Positions 10,613-20,543 of a stretch of 64,000 nt of DNA are shown here, in pieces (within the stretch, counting starts at the first letter, position 1; every line of letters starts with the position of its first letter). The stretch covers positions 992,001 to 1,056,000 of the forward strand of contig OZ245011.1 in NCBI GenBank assembly GCA_965223665.1, in the 5' to 3' direction. The translations under genes and the position numbers were made by a program. Below the pieces are notes generated by a model. The model saw only the letters and a list, made by a program, of their open reading frames with translations, did not search any database and was not told where the DNA came from. The DNA is from Nitrospinaceae bacterium (GTDB lineage Bacteria; Nitrospinota; Nitrospinia; Nitrospinales; Nitrospinaceae).

Positions 10613-11773
10613 GTGCAAAAAACTTTCCTAACAAAATTATTTGTCCTAACGGGGTTTATATTTATTTTTAGCTCCTGCGACTTTAAAATTCCTCCCAAAC
10701 CTCCTGATGCCTTTTATAGATTCAATAAATTAAAAGTGGGTTTAGGCCCGATGTATGTGATTTCTGAAAAATTGAATTCGGATGATTTTTTGGATTTAAT
10801 TGTTGCAAACTCTAAAGACCATTCGATTTCTATTTTCTTTGGAAAAGGGGATGGTACATTTGTTTCAAAACCCAAAATAAAAGTTCCTCTTGAACCTACA
10901 GCCATCGCCACTGGAGATTTAAATAAAGATGGCCTCAATGATATTGTTATAAATTCTCGAGGAACCAATTCTTATGTGGCTTTAATGGGAAAAGGAGAGA
11001 ATAGTTTTTTTCCACCAAAGTCCTTTCCAACGGGCCAAGTTCCCTTGTTTATAATTTTGAATGATTTTAATAAAGACAACAATCTTGACATAGCAGTTAC
11101 ACTTACCTTTGATAAAATGGAAATCCATTTAGGGAAAGGAGATGGAACGTTTAAAAAAGGAGAAACTTATAGAACCGGATCAAGAAGTTTTTCGGGAGTA
11201 TCAGGTGACTATAATCAAGATGGAAATCAAGATATTGCCTTAGCTTGTAGCAGCAGCAACGCGAGCTCAATTCGAATTTATTTGGGACGGGGAGACGGAA
11301 CCTTTAAATCCCCTCAAAGGGTAGCAGTTAATTTACGTCCCATGACTTTAATCCAGAAGGATATGAATTCAGACGGAATGTTAGATTTATTAACTGCGAC
11401 TAACAAAGGGGATAACCTTTTTTTACTTATCTCAAAGGGAGACGGAACCTTTAAAAATGAAATCCCTTTTTCGGGTGGGGGCGGACCCATGGCTTTAGCC
11501 GCCGAAGACTTTGATGATGATGGCCTTGTAGATGTAGTCGTTTCGAATTCCCGAAGTAGCTCTTTTTCGTTTATCGCAAGAAATCCCAATGGCAGTTTTA
11601 GGTTTCCAGTGAGAGACTACGTCACCGGGGGAACGCCATTAAGTTTGTCCAGCGGAGATTTTAACAATGACGGAATGAAGGATCTGGCAGTTTCAAGCAA
11701 TACGGACGGAACGGTAGAAATATTTATGAGAAGAAGAGTTTTTAAGAAAAACAACGCGTCCTTAGTTAGGTGA
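10613..11773 (+). CDS. FG-GAP/VCBS repeat beta-propeller lipoprotein
   Basis: Repeated GDxNxDGxxD and GKGDGTF motifs; lipobox FSSC fits a GTG start at 10613 (track starts 10541). Confidence 0.85.
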   Translation: MQKTFLTKLFVLTGFIFIFSSCDFKIPPKPPDAFYRFNKLKVGLGPMYVISEKLNSDDFLDLIVANSKDHSISIFFGKGDGTFVSKPKIKVPLEPTAIATGDLNKDGLNDIVINSRGTNSYVALMGKGENSFFPPKSFPTGQVPLFIILNDFNKDNNLDIAVTLTFDKMEIHLGKGDGTFKKGETYRTGSRSFSGVSGDYNQDGNQDIALACSSSNASSIRIYLGRGDGTFKSPQRVAVNLRPMTLIQKDMNSDGMLDLLTATNKGDNLFLLISKGDGTFKNEIPFSGGGGPMALAAEDFDDDGLVDVVVSNSRSSSFSFIARNPNGSFRFPVRDYVTGGTPLSLSSGDFNNDGMKDLAVSSNTDGTVEIFMRRRVFKKNNASLVR

Positions 11774-13909
11774 GAATTCAGGTACAAAAGAAAGCTTTTT
11801 CCATTTATTAAAATAATAATTTATTTCCCCTCCTTTGGTGGGATAAATTTTGAAATACTTTTCATTTCCTTCCTCGTCTCTTTCTACAATAACAATTTTT
11901 TTATCTAATAATTTTGTAGCTTTTCCTACATACAAAAATGTATATGGCTGATCCTTTGCAATTAAGCGATGTAATTCCCGAGTCATTTCAATTTGTTTCA
12001 ACCGGTCATATTCTTGCCTTATGGAAATGATTAATTTATCCGCTTCAGGATTTTCATATCCAACAAAGTTCAATTGATTAGGATTGGTTTGCGAAGAATG
12101 CCATAATTGATACATATCAGGATCCGGACCAGTGGCCCATCCTAAAATAAGGGCATCGAATTTAAGAGCATTTACAAAATCTTTTAGAAATACTGCCCAT
12201 TCAAATAATTGAGTATTGCATTTGATTCCAATTCCTCGCCAATTATTTTGAACTATGGTCATAATATCTTTGCGAATTGAATTCCCACTATTGGTAATTA
12301 GGTTAAATTCAAATATCTTCCCATCTTTTTCTAACCAGCCTTTCTTATTTTTCTTCCATCCTTCTTTATTAAGTAACTTTAGAGCCGCCTCAGGATTATA
12401 AGGAAGGGGCTTGACCTCATGGTCGTACCAGTCCAACACCTTAGCAAATGGACCTGTCACCCGTTCTCCCTCATTGTATAAAACATGTTGAATGATCTGA
12501 TTCACATTCACAGCCATCCCCAATGCTTTTCGAACTTCCCTTGACTTAAACAGCGGATTCCTTAAGTTATAACCGATATATGAATAACTAAACCCTACAG
12601 TAGAAAAACTTTGGTATTTGGGTTCTTTTCTAAGCCTGGCTACCTGATGAGGTTGTACATCATAATCATCTGAGCCTCCTGAATAAAACTCCATCTCTCG
12701 AGTTAAGGCATCAGGAATGATCCTCATAACATACTCAGAATATTCTGGTGGACTTTCCCAATAATCTTCATTTCTTTTAAGGTTAATAGAAACATCCCCA
12801 ACCCATTCCTGAAAAATAAAAGGGCCCGTTCCAATTGGGTTTCTATTAAAATTACTATCACGTATGGACAAGTTTTCTATTTTCTCAGATGAAAGATTAT
12901 TGAGAGAAGCCTCTTTCAATAGTTGTTTTTCATTCAATAAATGTTCTGGGAGTATTCCCATGGTCCAAACATTAATAGCTGGAGAAAAGAGGCGCTTATA
13001 AACAATCTTCAGCTTGTGTAGACCAATTATCTTCACATATTTGATAGGTTCAAAATCAGAAGTTCGAGGAGAAGCATTTTTTGGATTCATAATTGCTTCA
13101 TATGTAAAAAGAACATCTCCAGAATCAAATTCATGACCATCATGAAACTTAATACCTTTTCTTAAATAAAAAACAATAATTGGATTGTGCTCAATTACCG
13201 GAAGAATATTTGAATAGTGGTTAACAAGACTATTAATTTTCCCTGGGTTTTCGGCTTTAATAAAATTTGCATATGGAAAACTTTCAAAGTATTTTTTTCC
13301 CAATAGTTTTTGGATAGGAAGAAAAAAGTTTGGATCTACTTTTTTGAGCTTAAATTTTAATCGGATAGGACTTGTTAATTGATATTTTATTTCCTCCATT
13401 ACCACACGGCCATTTTGTTTAACCGGATTTCTCTCTTCATCTAGTTTTGCTGAATTAATAGAACTCTGAACATTCTTTGCTGATATCACCTTGGCGGATT
13501 GAATGTTTTCTATCCATTCTTTTTCATGGGATAAGTTCTCATTAAAAAAATCCACCCAATCTTTTGGTGAATTCAATACCCTACCATTTATGGAATAATT
13601 TGGTAATAATGTTAAATAGGCTTCTTCATATATTTTCCATTTCCTGGCTAAGCGACCGCGGAGAGCCAATTGATCGTCATAATCCAATAATCCTTCAAAC
13701 ACTAAGTTGTTGATTGTACTGCTTGAAGTATCAGCTGCTAAAATTGGGTTAAGTATTTGAGCATCTCCACCGGAGGATTCTATAAACTTAATTAGTCGCC
13801 CTGGGTTGCCTTTACCCTGGTTATCATAAGTAGGCACCCAAAAAAACGATTGAAGTAAAACAACAATAATTAAAACAGGCAATAATATTAAAATTCGTTT
13901 TGTCCACAT
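11762..13909 (-). CDS. ABC transporter substrate-binding protein, family 5 (peptide/nickel type)
   Basis: VFEGLL, LRKGIKFHDG, PIGTGPF, YIGYNL; N-terminal TM. Confidence 0.9.
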   Translation of the reverse strand: MWTKRILILLPVLIIVVLLQSFFWVPTYDNQGKGNPGRLIKFIESSGGDAQILNPILAADTSSSTINNLVFEGLLDYDDQLALRGRLARKWKIYEEAYLTLLPNYSINGRVLNSPKDWVDFFNENLSHEKEWIENIQSAKVISAKNVQSSINSAKLDEERNPVKQNGRVVMEEIKYQLTSPIRLKFKLKKVDPNFFLPIQKLLGKKYFESFPYANFIKAENPGKINSLVNHYSNILPVIEHNPIIVFYLRKGIKFHDGHEFDSGDVLFTYEAIMNPKNASPRTSDFEPIKYVKIIGLHKLKIVYKRLFSPAINVWTMGILPEHLLNEKQLLKEASLNNLSSEKIENLSIRDSNFNRNPIGTGPFIFQEWVGDVSINLKRNEDYWESPPEYSEYVMRIIPDALTREMEFYSGGSDDYDVQPHQVARLRKEPKYQSFSTVGFSYSYIGYNLRNPLFKSREVRKALGMAVNVNQIIQHVLYNEGERVTGPFAKVLDWYDHEVKPLPYNPEAALKLLNKEGWKKNKKGWLEKDGKIFEFNLITNSGNSIRKDIMTIVQNNWRGIGIKCNTQLFEWAVFLKDFVNALKFDALILGWATGPDPDMYQLWHSSQTNPNQLNFVGYENPEADKLIISIRQEYDRLKQIEMTRELHRLIAKDQPYTFLYVGKATKLLDKKIVIVERDEEGNEKYFKIYPTKGGEINYYFNKWKKLSFVPEFSPN

Positions 13910-14024
13910 GGATTCAATAGTATCAAATTCAAAGATTTCTAAAAACTCTTGATTCCTGAGAAATTAGATGCTATTCCTAATTAACCAAGGCTTAAAGGAG
14001 AATTTCCCTTTCCAGGCAAATTAC

Positions 14025-14053
14025 TTGACAAAGCTTTAGAAACGTTATATTAC
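14025..14053 (+). promoter_or_regulatory. Candidate sigma70 promoter for tRNA-Met
   Basis: TTGACA at 14025 followed by TATATT/TATTAC at 15-17 bp spacing. Confidence 0.5.
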
Positions 14054-14085
14054 AACAGCCTTTAAGTTAAGACATATTGTATTAT

Positions 14086-14162
<77 letters not shown>

Positions 14163-14400
14163 ATACAGAAAATCTCAGACATTCAGCCTGCAAATTGGCT
14201 TTGAAAATTTAAATTTCTTTTTCTATAATGCGGACCGGTTTTTTGGTTTCTGGTTTTCGATTGATTTAATTTATGTGCCTCGTTACCTGAGGCCGATAGG
14301 CTTAAAACTAATTCATTCCCAAAAAGTCAATTCTACAAATTGAATTTAATAATAGTTGTATAGTAATTTTTTATTAAAACTTTATGTAAGGAAAAGAATA

Positions 14401-14739
14401 ATGGCAACAATTATCACAGATGAATGCATCAATTGCGGAGTATGTGAACCTGAGTGCCCCAATGCAGCCATCGATGATGGTACAAAGGGCGGTATTGATT
14501 TTTACTACATTGACCCTGATCTCTGTACTGAATGTGTTGGGTTCCATGGGGAAGAAGCATGTCAGGAAGTTTGTCCGGTTGACTGTTGTATCCCTGATGA
14601 GGATCGAAAAGAAACGGAAGAAGAGTTGTTAGAAAAAGCTAAAGGAATTCATCCAGATCAAACCTTTCCTACTGTGGACGAATTAACGGCTGAAACTTCC
14701 TTATTCAGAAATCCAGATAGAAAAAACGCAAATCTTTAA
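14401..14739 (+). CDS. YfhL-type 2x[4Fe-4S] ferredoxin
   Basis: CINCGVCEPECP and CTECVGFHGEEACQEVCP; ATG 14401 preceded by AAGGA. Confidence 0.92.
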   Translation: MATIITDECINCGVCEPECPNAAIDDGTKGGIDFYYIDPDLCTECVGFHGEEACQEVCPVDCCIPDEDRKETEEELLEKAKGIHPDQTFPTVDELTAETSLFRNPDRKNANL

Positions 14740-14754
14740 TTATTATTTTCTGAT

Positions 14755-14792
14755 CGGCCTGGAGAACAATAGTTCTCCAGGCCGTTTTTTTT
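14755..14792 (+). terminator. Intrinsic terminator
   Basis: 13-bp stem cggcctggagaac/gttctccaggccg followed by a T run. Confidence 0.9.
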
Positions 14793-14804
14793 GAAGTCAT
14801 ATTT

Positions 14805-15011
14805 ATGAAAGAATTATTTTTCAAAATTAGTGGAAATATCTGGAATGAAGAAACCAACTTTAAAGATGAATTTCAAATTTTCGTAAAGGGAATTGATAAC
14901 AATCATGCAGTAATGATCGCCAAAGACTATTTGAGAAAAAATGCTCCTTCAGCAGATGGGAAACTTTCTGGGAAAATCATTATTGAAAAAGTAGAAGAAA
15001 GAGGAATCTAA
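14805..15011 (+). CDS. Small hypothetical protein
   Basis: 68-aa ATG ORF filling an intergenic gap; no motif recognised. Confidence 0.6.
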   Translation: MKELFFKISGNIWNEETNFKDEFQIFVKGIDNNHAVMIAKDYLRKNAPSADGKLSGKIIIEKVEERGI

Positions 15012-15023
15012 ATATTTTTTGCC

Positions 15024-15281
15024 CTATAACTCTTCCAAATCCAAAAATAATATATGCTGAATTCCCTTCCAAACAAACCTCAAAAGATCTTCCAATACAA
15101 CTAGAGAAACCAATCCTAAAATTATCATTAGAAAAATTCCAATAATTTTTCGATCAGGCCGGTTTTTATCAAGAAAACTCCAAGGTAAGATTCCAAAAAC
15201 CATATCCAATGAAACCCAAATCATGACTCCAAAAATTAATATGGAAAAAATCCATGGGCTCAATTGCGAAATATCTGACAC
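15024..15281 (-). CDS. Small two-TM hypothetical membrane protein
   Basis: Two hydrophobic segments; co-oriented with hspQ. Confidence 0.55.
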   Translation of the reverse strand: MSDISQLSPWIFSILIFGVMIWVSLDMVFGILPWSFLDKNRPDRKIIGIFLMIILGLVSLVVLEDLLRFVWKGIQHILFLDLEEL

Positions 15282-15299
15282 AAATGGTTTCCGAAAAAA

Positions 15300-15542
15300 C
15301 TAGTTCCAAATAGCTGTGTTTAGTTCCAGATTACACTCAGCTACATAACGAAGGCCTTTTTGACCATGAATTTGAACATGATACCAAGGTTTATCTTTTG
15401 GAGGACGGCTATTAGCCATTTTTTGATACCACTCTTCACTCATTTTGAATTTTGGATCTACTCCCAAAACAACACCATAATAATCAAATTGTTTATGGTG
15501 TATGCATTGACCAATACAAAATTTTGATTTAAATTTTTTCAT
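15300..15542 (-). CDS. hspQ: HspQ/YccV family protein
   Basis: KFCIGQCIHHK.FDYYGVV..VDP, PKDKPWYHV, YVAE.NL. Confidence 0.88.
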   Translation of the reverse strand: MKKFKSKFCIGQCIHHKQFDYYGVVLGVDPKFKMSEEWYQKMANSRPPKDKPWYHVQIHGQKGLRYVAECNLELNTAIWN

Positions 15543-15608
15543 TTATAAAATATTTAAAAGTTTCAAATAAAATAAGTGTTTTAATTTTTCAATTCAGACA
15601 GATCGTAT

Positions 15609-16448
15609 TTATTCCATAAAAATGCTAACTGCGTCGTCTACATTTTGAACCACTTTTTCCTTTATTTCATCTAAAGCTTTGTCCGAAAGGTTTACAATTT
15701 CCAAAACTTTCGAATCAATAACAGGAGGAATAACTTCACCATTATTTCCTATTTCTAATTCATGTGCAATAGAATCGGCGTAATTCAAAATACAGGCCTC
15801 AAGTATACAATCCTTAGCCATAAGAGGATAAGGATGATTCCTGACAACTTCGACTAGACCTACGGGCAATTTCCAACCCGCTAACAAAGTTCCACCTACC
15901 TCAGCATGGTCAAACCCCAAAACATCCTTCTCAACCACATGTAGTGGTGCTTTTTCATCTCTTACTCTTTCCAAAATTCCTTTTGAATTTTCAGGAAATT
16001 TCTGGAGCAAAACTAAACTTCCAATATCCTGAAGCATTCCTGCGACATAAATTCTCTCTAAATGACGATCGCCTCTATACTCGGAAATTAATTTTGCCGT
16101 AATTCCAACGCCAATACAATGCAACCAATAGGATTCCATATTCATCAAATCCCGGGGAACACCTTTAAATTTACTTGTTACAACCATTGCTAAGGTTAAG
16201 TCCATTAACTGATTCATTCCTACAATATTCAGGGCGTGACTCAGCGTGTCAATTCTGGATGGATAACCATAAAAAGGACTGTTCACAATTTTCAATAAAC
16301 GCGCAGACAAAGAGGTGTCTGAGCTAATAATTTTTGCAAAATCCTCAAAAGAACTTTCAGGATCGTCCATTTTATCCTGGAGTTGATAATATAAAATAGG
16401 TGGAGAGCCAACCCAGGTCCCCACCACATCACTTAGTTGAAGGGCCAT
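15609..16448 (-). CDS. HDOD domain signal-transduction protein
   Basis: LSARLLKIVNSPFYG, AGMLQDIG, GFDHAEVG..L...WKLP. Confidence 0.92.
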   Translation of the reverse strand: MALQLSDVVGTWVGSPPILYYQLQDKMDDPESSFEDFAKIISSDTSLSARLLKIVNSPFYGYPSRIDTLSHALNIVGMNQLMDLTLAMVVTSKFKGVPRDLMNMESYWLHCIGVGITAKLISEYRGDRHLERIYVAGMLQDIGSLVLLQKFPENSKGILERVRDEKAPLHVVEKDVLGFDHAEVGGTLLAGWKLPVGLVEVVRNHPYPLMAKDCILEACILNYADSIAHELEIGNNGEVIPPVIDSKVLEIVNLSDKALDEIKEKVVQNVDDAVSIFME

Positions 16449-16593
16449 TTTTTTCTTGCCAATTGATGAAAAATTAATAAGCTACGCTTTTAAATTCAAG
16501 TTCTTACTACTATTATAAGATCATTTTCAAATAATCCGAGTTAATTATTTTTAATATTAGAGATTTTTACTTGTAAAACTGTGAAAGGTTGGC

Positions 16594-16800
16594 ATGGACA
16601 AATTAGAGCTGGTTCAACGAGTATTGAGGTTTAGTACACGTATTCGGGAATGGTGCGAAAATAAACATTCAATCTACTTTGATGATTTTGACAATGAAAA
16701 TGTAAATGACTATGAAGAAAATGGATTAGGGCCACTCGCCGATGCAATAATTGAAGAAGGTTTAGAAGAGAATATTATAGACAATGAGGACTTATCTTAA
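16594..16800 (+). CDS. Small acidic hypothetical protein
   Basis: 68-aa ATG ORF with AAAGG upstream. Confidence 0.65.
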   Translation: MDKLELVQRVLRFSTRIREWCENKHSIYFDDFDNENVNDYEENGLGPLADAIIEEGLEENIIDNEDLS

Positions 16801-17053
16801 ATTTTTTAAAATCAAAATCATTGTTAAAAGTCATCTTAACACCCCAAAAATTCGAACTGGTGGATTTTATTTTCCCACTATAATTATATTTAGCTTTGCT
16901 TTCGGTTGGAAATCATATCCCCTGCCCCCTTATCATTTAAACTTACGTTAATTTATCCAGGAACTATGAATTATTTTTTAAAAATAGTTTTTTTCTCCTT
17001 ATACTAGAAATACGACAATATTATTTTCCATAATAAACAATTTTGAGGATTAA

Positions 17054-17452
17054 ATGGACGCTATTAAATTTTACATGGAAGAGTCCCTGGTAACTATCCC
17101 CCCTGAAAAAAGCACGTTGGAAGCGGCACAAAAAATGGCTGCATCAAAAATTGGTTCCCTGTTAGTTATGGATAATAATAAATACATTGGAATGATAACT
17201 GAAACAGATTTAACAAGAAAAATAATTGCTGGTGGTCTCAATCCAAAAGAAACACCTGTTGCCGTAATTATGTCCAGGCCCCTGGTAAGTTTAGATTGCG
17301 AAAAAACAATGCCAAATGCATTTGTTACTATGAGAAAACATAACGTAAGGCATATAACCGTCACACAGAATAAAAAAATTATTGGAATTCTTTCCATGAA
17401 GGATTTTGCCAACTATTTTAATTCAAAATTTGCTGACAAACAGCCCCATTAA
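17054..17452 (+). CDS. CBS-pair domain protein
   Basis: IGSLLV..GMITETDL and VRHITV..IGILSMKD. Confidence 0.92.
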   Translation: MDAIKFYMEESLVTIPPEKSTLEAAQKMAASKIGSLLVMDNNKYIGMITETDLTRKIIAGGLNPKETPVAVIMSRPLVSLDCEKTMPNAFVTMRKHNVRHITVTQNKKIIGILSMKDFANYFNSKFADKQPH

Positions 17453-17613
17453 GCTTCACCTCATCAATGTAATTCTAATCTTTGAATTTTGCACTTCAAA
17501 ACAAATCAACAAAAACCCTCCAGAGTTTGATTCGCTTTCCACTATCGCTTAACCTGTAAGTATCAAAAAAAAATAAAACCCATAGTTATAATTCAGAGCA
17601 GAAAGGAATATGA

Positions 17614-18198
17614 ATGGGTACCGCCACTCTAATAATTTTTGGAATATTGTTATTTGGTTCACTTGCCATTGTAGGCTATTTTATTACAATTTATAATGGA
17701 CTCATTTCTCTTAAAGAAAACATAAAAAAATCCTGGGCAAACATAGATGTAATCTTAAAACAAAGACATGATGAACTTCCAAAACTAGTGTCAGTTTGCG
17801 AAAGCTTTGCTGAATTTGAAAAAGGTGTTTTGGAACGATTAATGAAAGCTAGAGAAAAGTACTTCAAAGCTCGTGGGGTCGGGAAAAAGTCAGAAGCCAG
17901 CAATGAAATCAGCACTGCACTCCAAGGAATATTTGCTTTGGCCGAGAATTATCCTGATTTAAAAACAAATCAAAATTTCATGCAACTTCAAAATCGCATT
18001 TCACACCTTGAAGAAACCCTGGCAGATCGAAGAGAATTCTATAATGACAGCGTCAATAATTACAATATTAGGATCAAGCAAATTCCAGATATTTTTATAG
18101 CTAATATGTTGAGCTATAAAGACGAAGAAATGTTTAAAGTAAATGAAGAGGAACGCAAAGACGTTGATATTAATATTAAAATTCCTAAGCTAGTTTAA
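17614..18198 (+). CDS. lemA: LemA family protein
   Basis: N-terminal TM, WANIDVILKQRHDELPKLV, AENYPDLK.NQNF.QLQ, RREFYNDSV..YN. Confidence 0.95.
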   Translation: MGTATLIIFGILLFGSLAIVGYFITIYNGLISLKENIKKSWANIDVILKQRHDELPKLVSVCESFAEFEKGVLERLMKAREKYFKARGVGKKSEASNEISTALQGIFALAENYPDLKTNQNFMQLQNRISHLEETLADRREFYNDSVNNYNIRIKQIPDIFIANMLSYKDEEMFKVNEEERKDVDINIKIPKLV

Positions 18199-18235
18199 GG
18201 AAAGATAAAAGAATATATAACTGGGGAGCAGACCT

Positions 18236-19204
18236 GTGCAAATTGACGGAAACAGCGTAATAATGGCTTGTATGGGAGCAGGTGCAGGTATTTATTGGTT
18301 CTTTAACGGATTTAAGGAATTAAAATCCAAACGAATAATTCAAAACATTCCTACTTCAAAAATAAATACAGGGGCAGTAGGAACCAATGTTGAAATTAAG
18401 GGACGAATCATTTCTGAAGCTGGCAAGCTTAAAACCGCCCCTATAAGTGGGATCCCTTGTGTTATCTATTCTCTGGAAATTCAAAAATTAAAAAGAAATA
18501 AAAATTCTTCGTCCTGGATTAAGATCGATCAATTCTATTCTGATAAGGCTTTCTATGTTGATGACAAGAGTGGTGCCACTGCCTTAGTATATTTGGATGG
18601 CGCAAAGATTTCTAGAAAAGGTGAATTGAAAAAGTATAGAATTCATTCACGACAATTTTCAACCATGCCCTCCCGATTAAAAGAATCGTTAAATAATAAT
18701 ATTAAAAAATTGAAAAAGTTTAAATATTTCAACGATCCCTCCTGGTACCACTATGGAGAGTATCGTTTTCGTGAGTGGTGTTTTAAAGCTGGAGAAGAGT
18801 TATATGTCCTAGGGCATGCACAATCAGGATTAAAACAATTAAAACGAAAAAAAATAAAATTCAATACATTTTTAAGAGCAAAAAAATTGATAGAGAAAAA
18901 CCCGGAGCTTCAATCCAAATATGATACGAATAAGGATGGCTCTTTAGATCCTATCGAGTTGGAGCATGGAGCTAAAATACTAGCCAAAGATTTGTCGGAA
19001 AAATACAGTCCAAAAAAATTAGAAGAACTTCTTCCTAAAACCAAATTAATTTTTAAACGTTTAAAAGGACAGCCTTTTCACATAAGTAATATGCGGGAAG
19101 AGGAATTGGTAAAACAGTTAACTTTTATTTCTACATTAAAAATATGGGGTGGTCCAGCGTTGGCAATTGCATGTTCCATTTATCTTTTTTTCACCTTTTC
19201 CTGA
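18236..19204 (+). CDS. GIDE-like domain membrane protein with EF-hand
   Basis: TM at both ends; IQNIPTSKI, VEIKG, APISG.PCV.Y, FYVDDKSG, E..F..GEELYVLG; EF-hand loop DTNKDGSLDPIE. Confidence 0.7.
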   Translation: MQIDGNSVIMACMGAGAGIYWFFNGFKELKSKRIIQNIPTSKINTGAVGTNVEIKGRIISEAGKLKTAPISGIPCVIYSLEIQKLKRNKNSSSWIKIDQFYSDKAFYVDDKSGATALVYLDGAKISRKGELKKYRIHSRQFSTMPSRLKESLNNNIKKLKKFKYFNDPSWYHYGEYRFREWCFKAGEELYVLGHAQSGLKQLKRKKIKFNTFLRAKKLIEKNPELQSKYDTNKDGSLDPIELEHGAKILAKDLSEKYSPKKLEELLPKTKLIFKRLKGQPFHISNMREEELVKQLTFISTLKIWGGPALAIACSIYLFFTFS

Positions 19205-19222
19205 ATATTTTTTACCGGTCAT

Positions 19223-19990
19223 TTACACTAACTCCCCCTTTTGCCTCAATCTATAAAACATAAAAACGGAAAAACAAAGAACAAATATTCCTATGAATTG
19301 CGACGTAGAAAGTAGCTCAGGAACAGCAAAACCACGATCATCCCCCCTATAAAACTCTATAATAAATCTACCTATAGAATATAAAATGCCATAAGTCCAA
19401 AATATTTGACCATCAAAACTTTTTCTTTTCCTCAGCCAAATTAAAATACCGAAAATTATCAAGGCATTTAAAGATAAATATATCTGAGTAGGATGAAGCG
19501 CAACATTTAATGGAGCCAATGATTTTGGATCCGTAAAAGTGATTCCCCATGGCAAATCAGTCCGCACCCCATAACAACAACCGGCAAAATAACACCCCCA
19601 TCGACCTATGGCCTGGCCAATTGCTAATGAAGGAGCAAATATATCTCCAACTTTCCAAACAGGGAGTTTATGTTTGACGACAAAATAAAAAGCTACTCCA
19701 AAAGCACCAATTAGCCCCCCGTAAAAGACCAACCCACCTTTCCAAAACTTCAAAATTTCTACCGGGTTTTCAGAAAAATATCGATATTCAACAATGATGT
19801 ATAAAATGCGACCCCCCAGCAAAGCCGCAATCAAAATGTAGAAGCTGAGGTCAAGTATTTTTTGTGGGTCCAACCCTTCTTCTTTTCCCTGACGTCCGGC
19901 CAAATAAATTCCCACAAAAAATCCGGTGGCGACAAGTAACCCATAAGTGAAAATTTTAACAAAACCAAATTCCAATAGAATGGGATGCAT
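19223..19990 (-). CDS. lgt: Prolipoprotein diacylglyceryl transferase
   Basis: GGLVFYGG, IGRWGCYFAGCCYG, HPTQIY, RFIIEFYR. Confidence 0.96.
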   Translation of the reverse strand: MHPILLEFGFVKIFTYGLLVATGFFVGIYLAGRQGKEEGLDPQKILDLSFYILIAALLGGRILYIIVEYRYFSENPVEILKFWKGGLVFYGGLIGAFGVAFYFVVKHKLPVWKVGDIFAPSLAIGQAIGRWGCYFAGCCYGVRTDLPWGITFTDPKSLAPLNVALHPTQIYLSLNALIIFGILIWLRKRKSFDGQIFWTYGILYSIGRFIIEFYRGDDRGFAVPELLSTSQFIGIFVLCFSVFMFYRLRQKGELV

Positions 19991-20009
19991 AATATTCAGA
20001 GAAAAGAAG

Positions 20010-20537
20010 TTATTCTATATTTGGAGGAGAATCCAAATTTTTTTGAGCGGATTTACTCGATTTTCTTTCATGTTTAAACAAGTCTATAAACATAAAAGCT
20101 ACACCAATTGATATGCAGGAGTCTGCAATATTAAAAGCCGGCCATTGAAAGTCTTTGTAAAAAAATTGAATCCAATCCACTACTTCCTTATAAACAATTC
20201 TATCAATGAGATTACCAATAGCTCCACTAAAAATCAAAATCAAACCCCAATGCACTAACTTTCGGTGGCGTGGTGCTTGGTGAAAAAATAACATTATCGC
20301 CGCAATAGCTACCATTGAAACCCCCACAAATACCCAACTTTTCATATCGGAGTCATAATCCGCAAAAATACCAAATGCTACTCCAGGGTTTCGAATATGT
20401 GTTAAAGCAAAAAAATTATTTACTACAATAATTGCATGGTTGAATGGAATATGGTTTGTAACAAGGAATTTTGTAAATTGATCTAAAAAGATCAAAATAT
20501 TGGAAACAAAAAAGAGAACAAAGTATTTATTTTTCAA
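20010..20537 (-). CDS. lspA: Lipoprotein signal peptidase II
   Basis: DQFTK, NPGVAFG, GAIGNLIDR, VVDW, FNIADSCI. Confidence 0.97.
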   Translation of the reverse strand: MKNKYFVLFFVSNILIFLDQFTKFLVTNHIPFNHAIIVVNNFFALTHIRNPGVAFGIFADYDSDMKSWVFVGVSMVAIAAIMLFFHQAPRHRKLVHWGLILIFSGAIGNLIDRIVYKEVVDWIQFFYKDFQWPAFNIADSCISIGVAFMFIDLFKHERKSSKSAQKNLDSPPNIE

Positions 20538-20543
20538 AGAAAT

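Noticed and set aside
14356-14400. Track N-terminal extension of the ferredoxin
   Set aside because: Family alignment and RBS favour ATG 14401
14163-17452. Island at tRNA-Met
   Set aside because: Small genes follow the tRNA but there is no integrase or repeat; ferredoxin, hspQ, HDOD and CBS genes are ordinary
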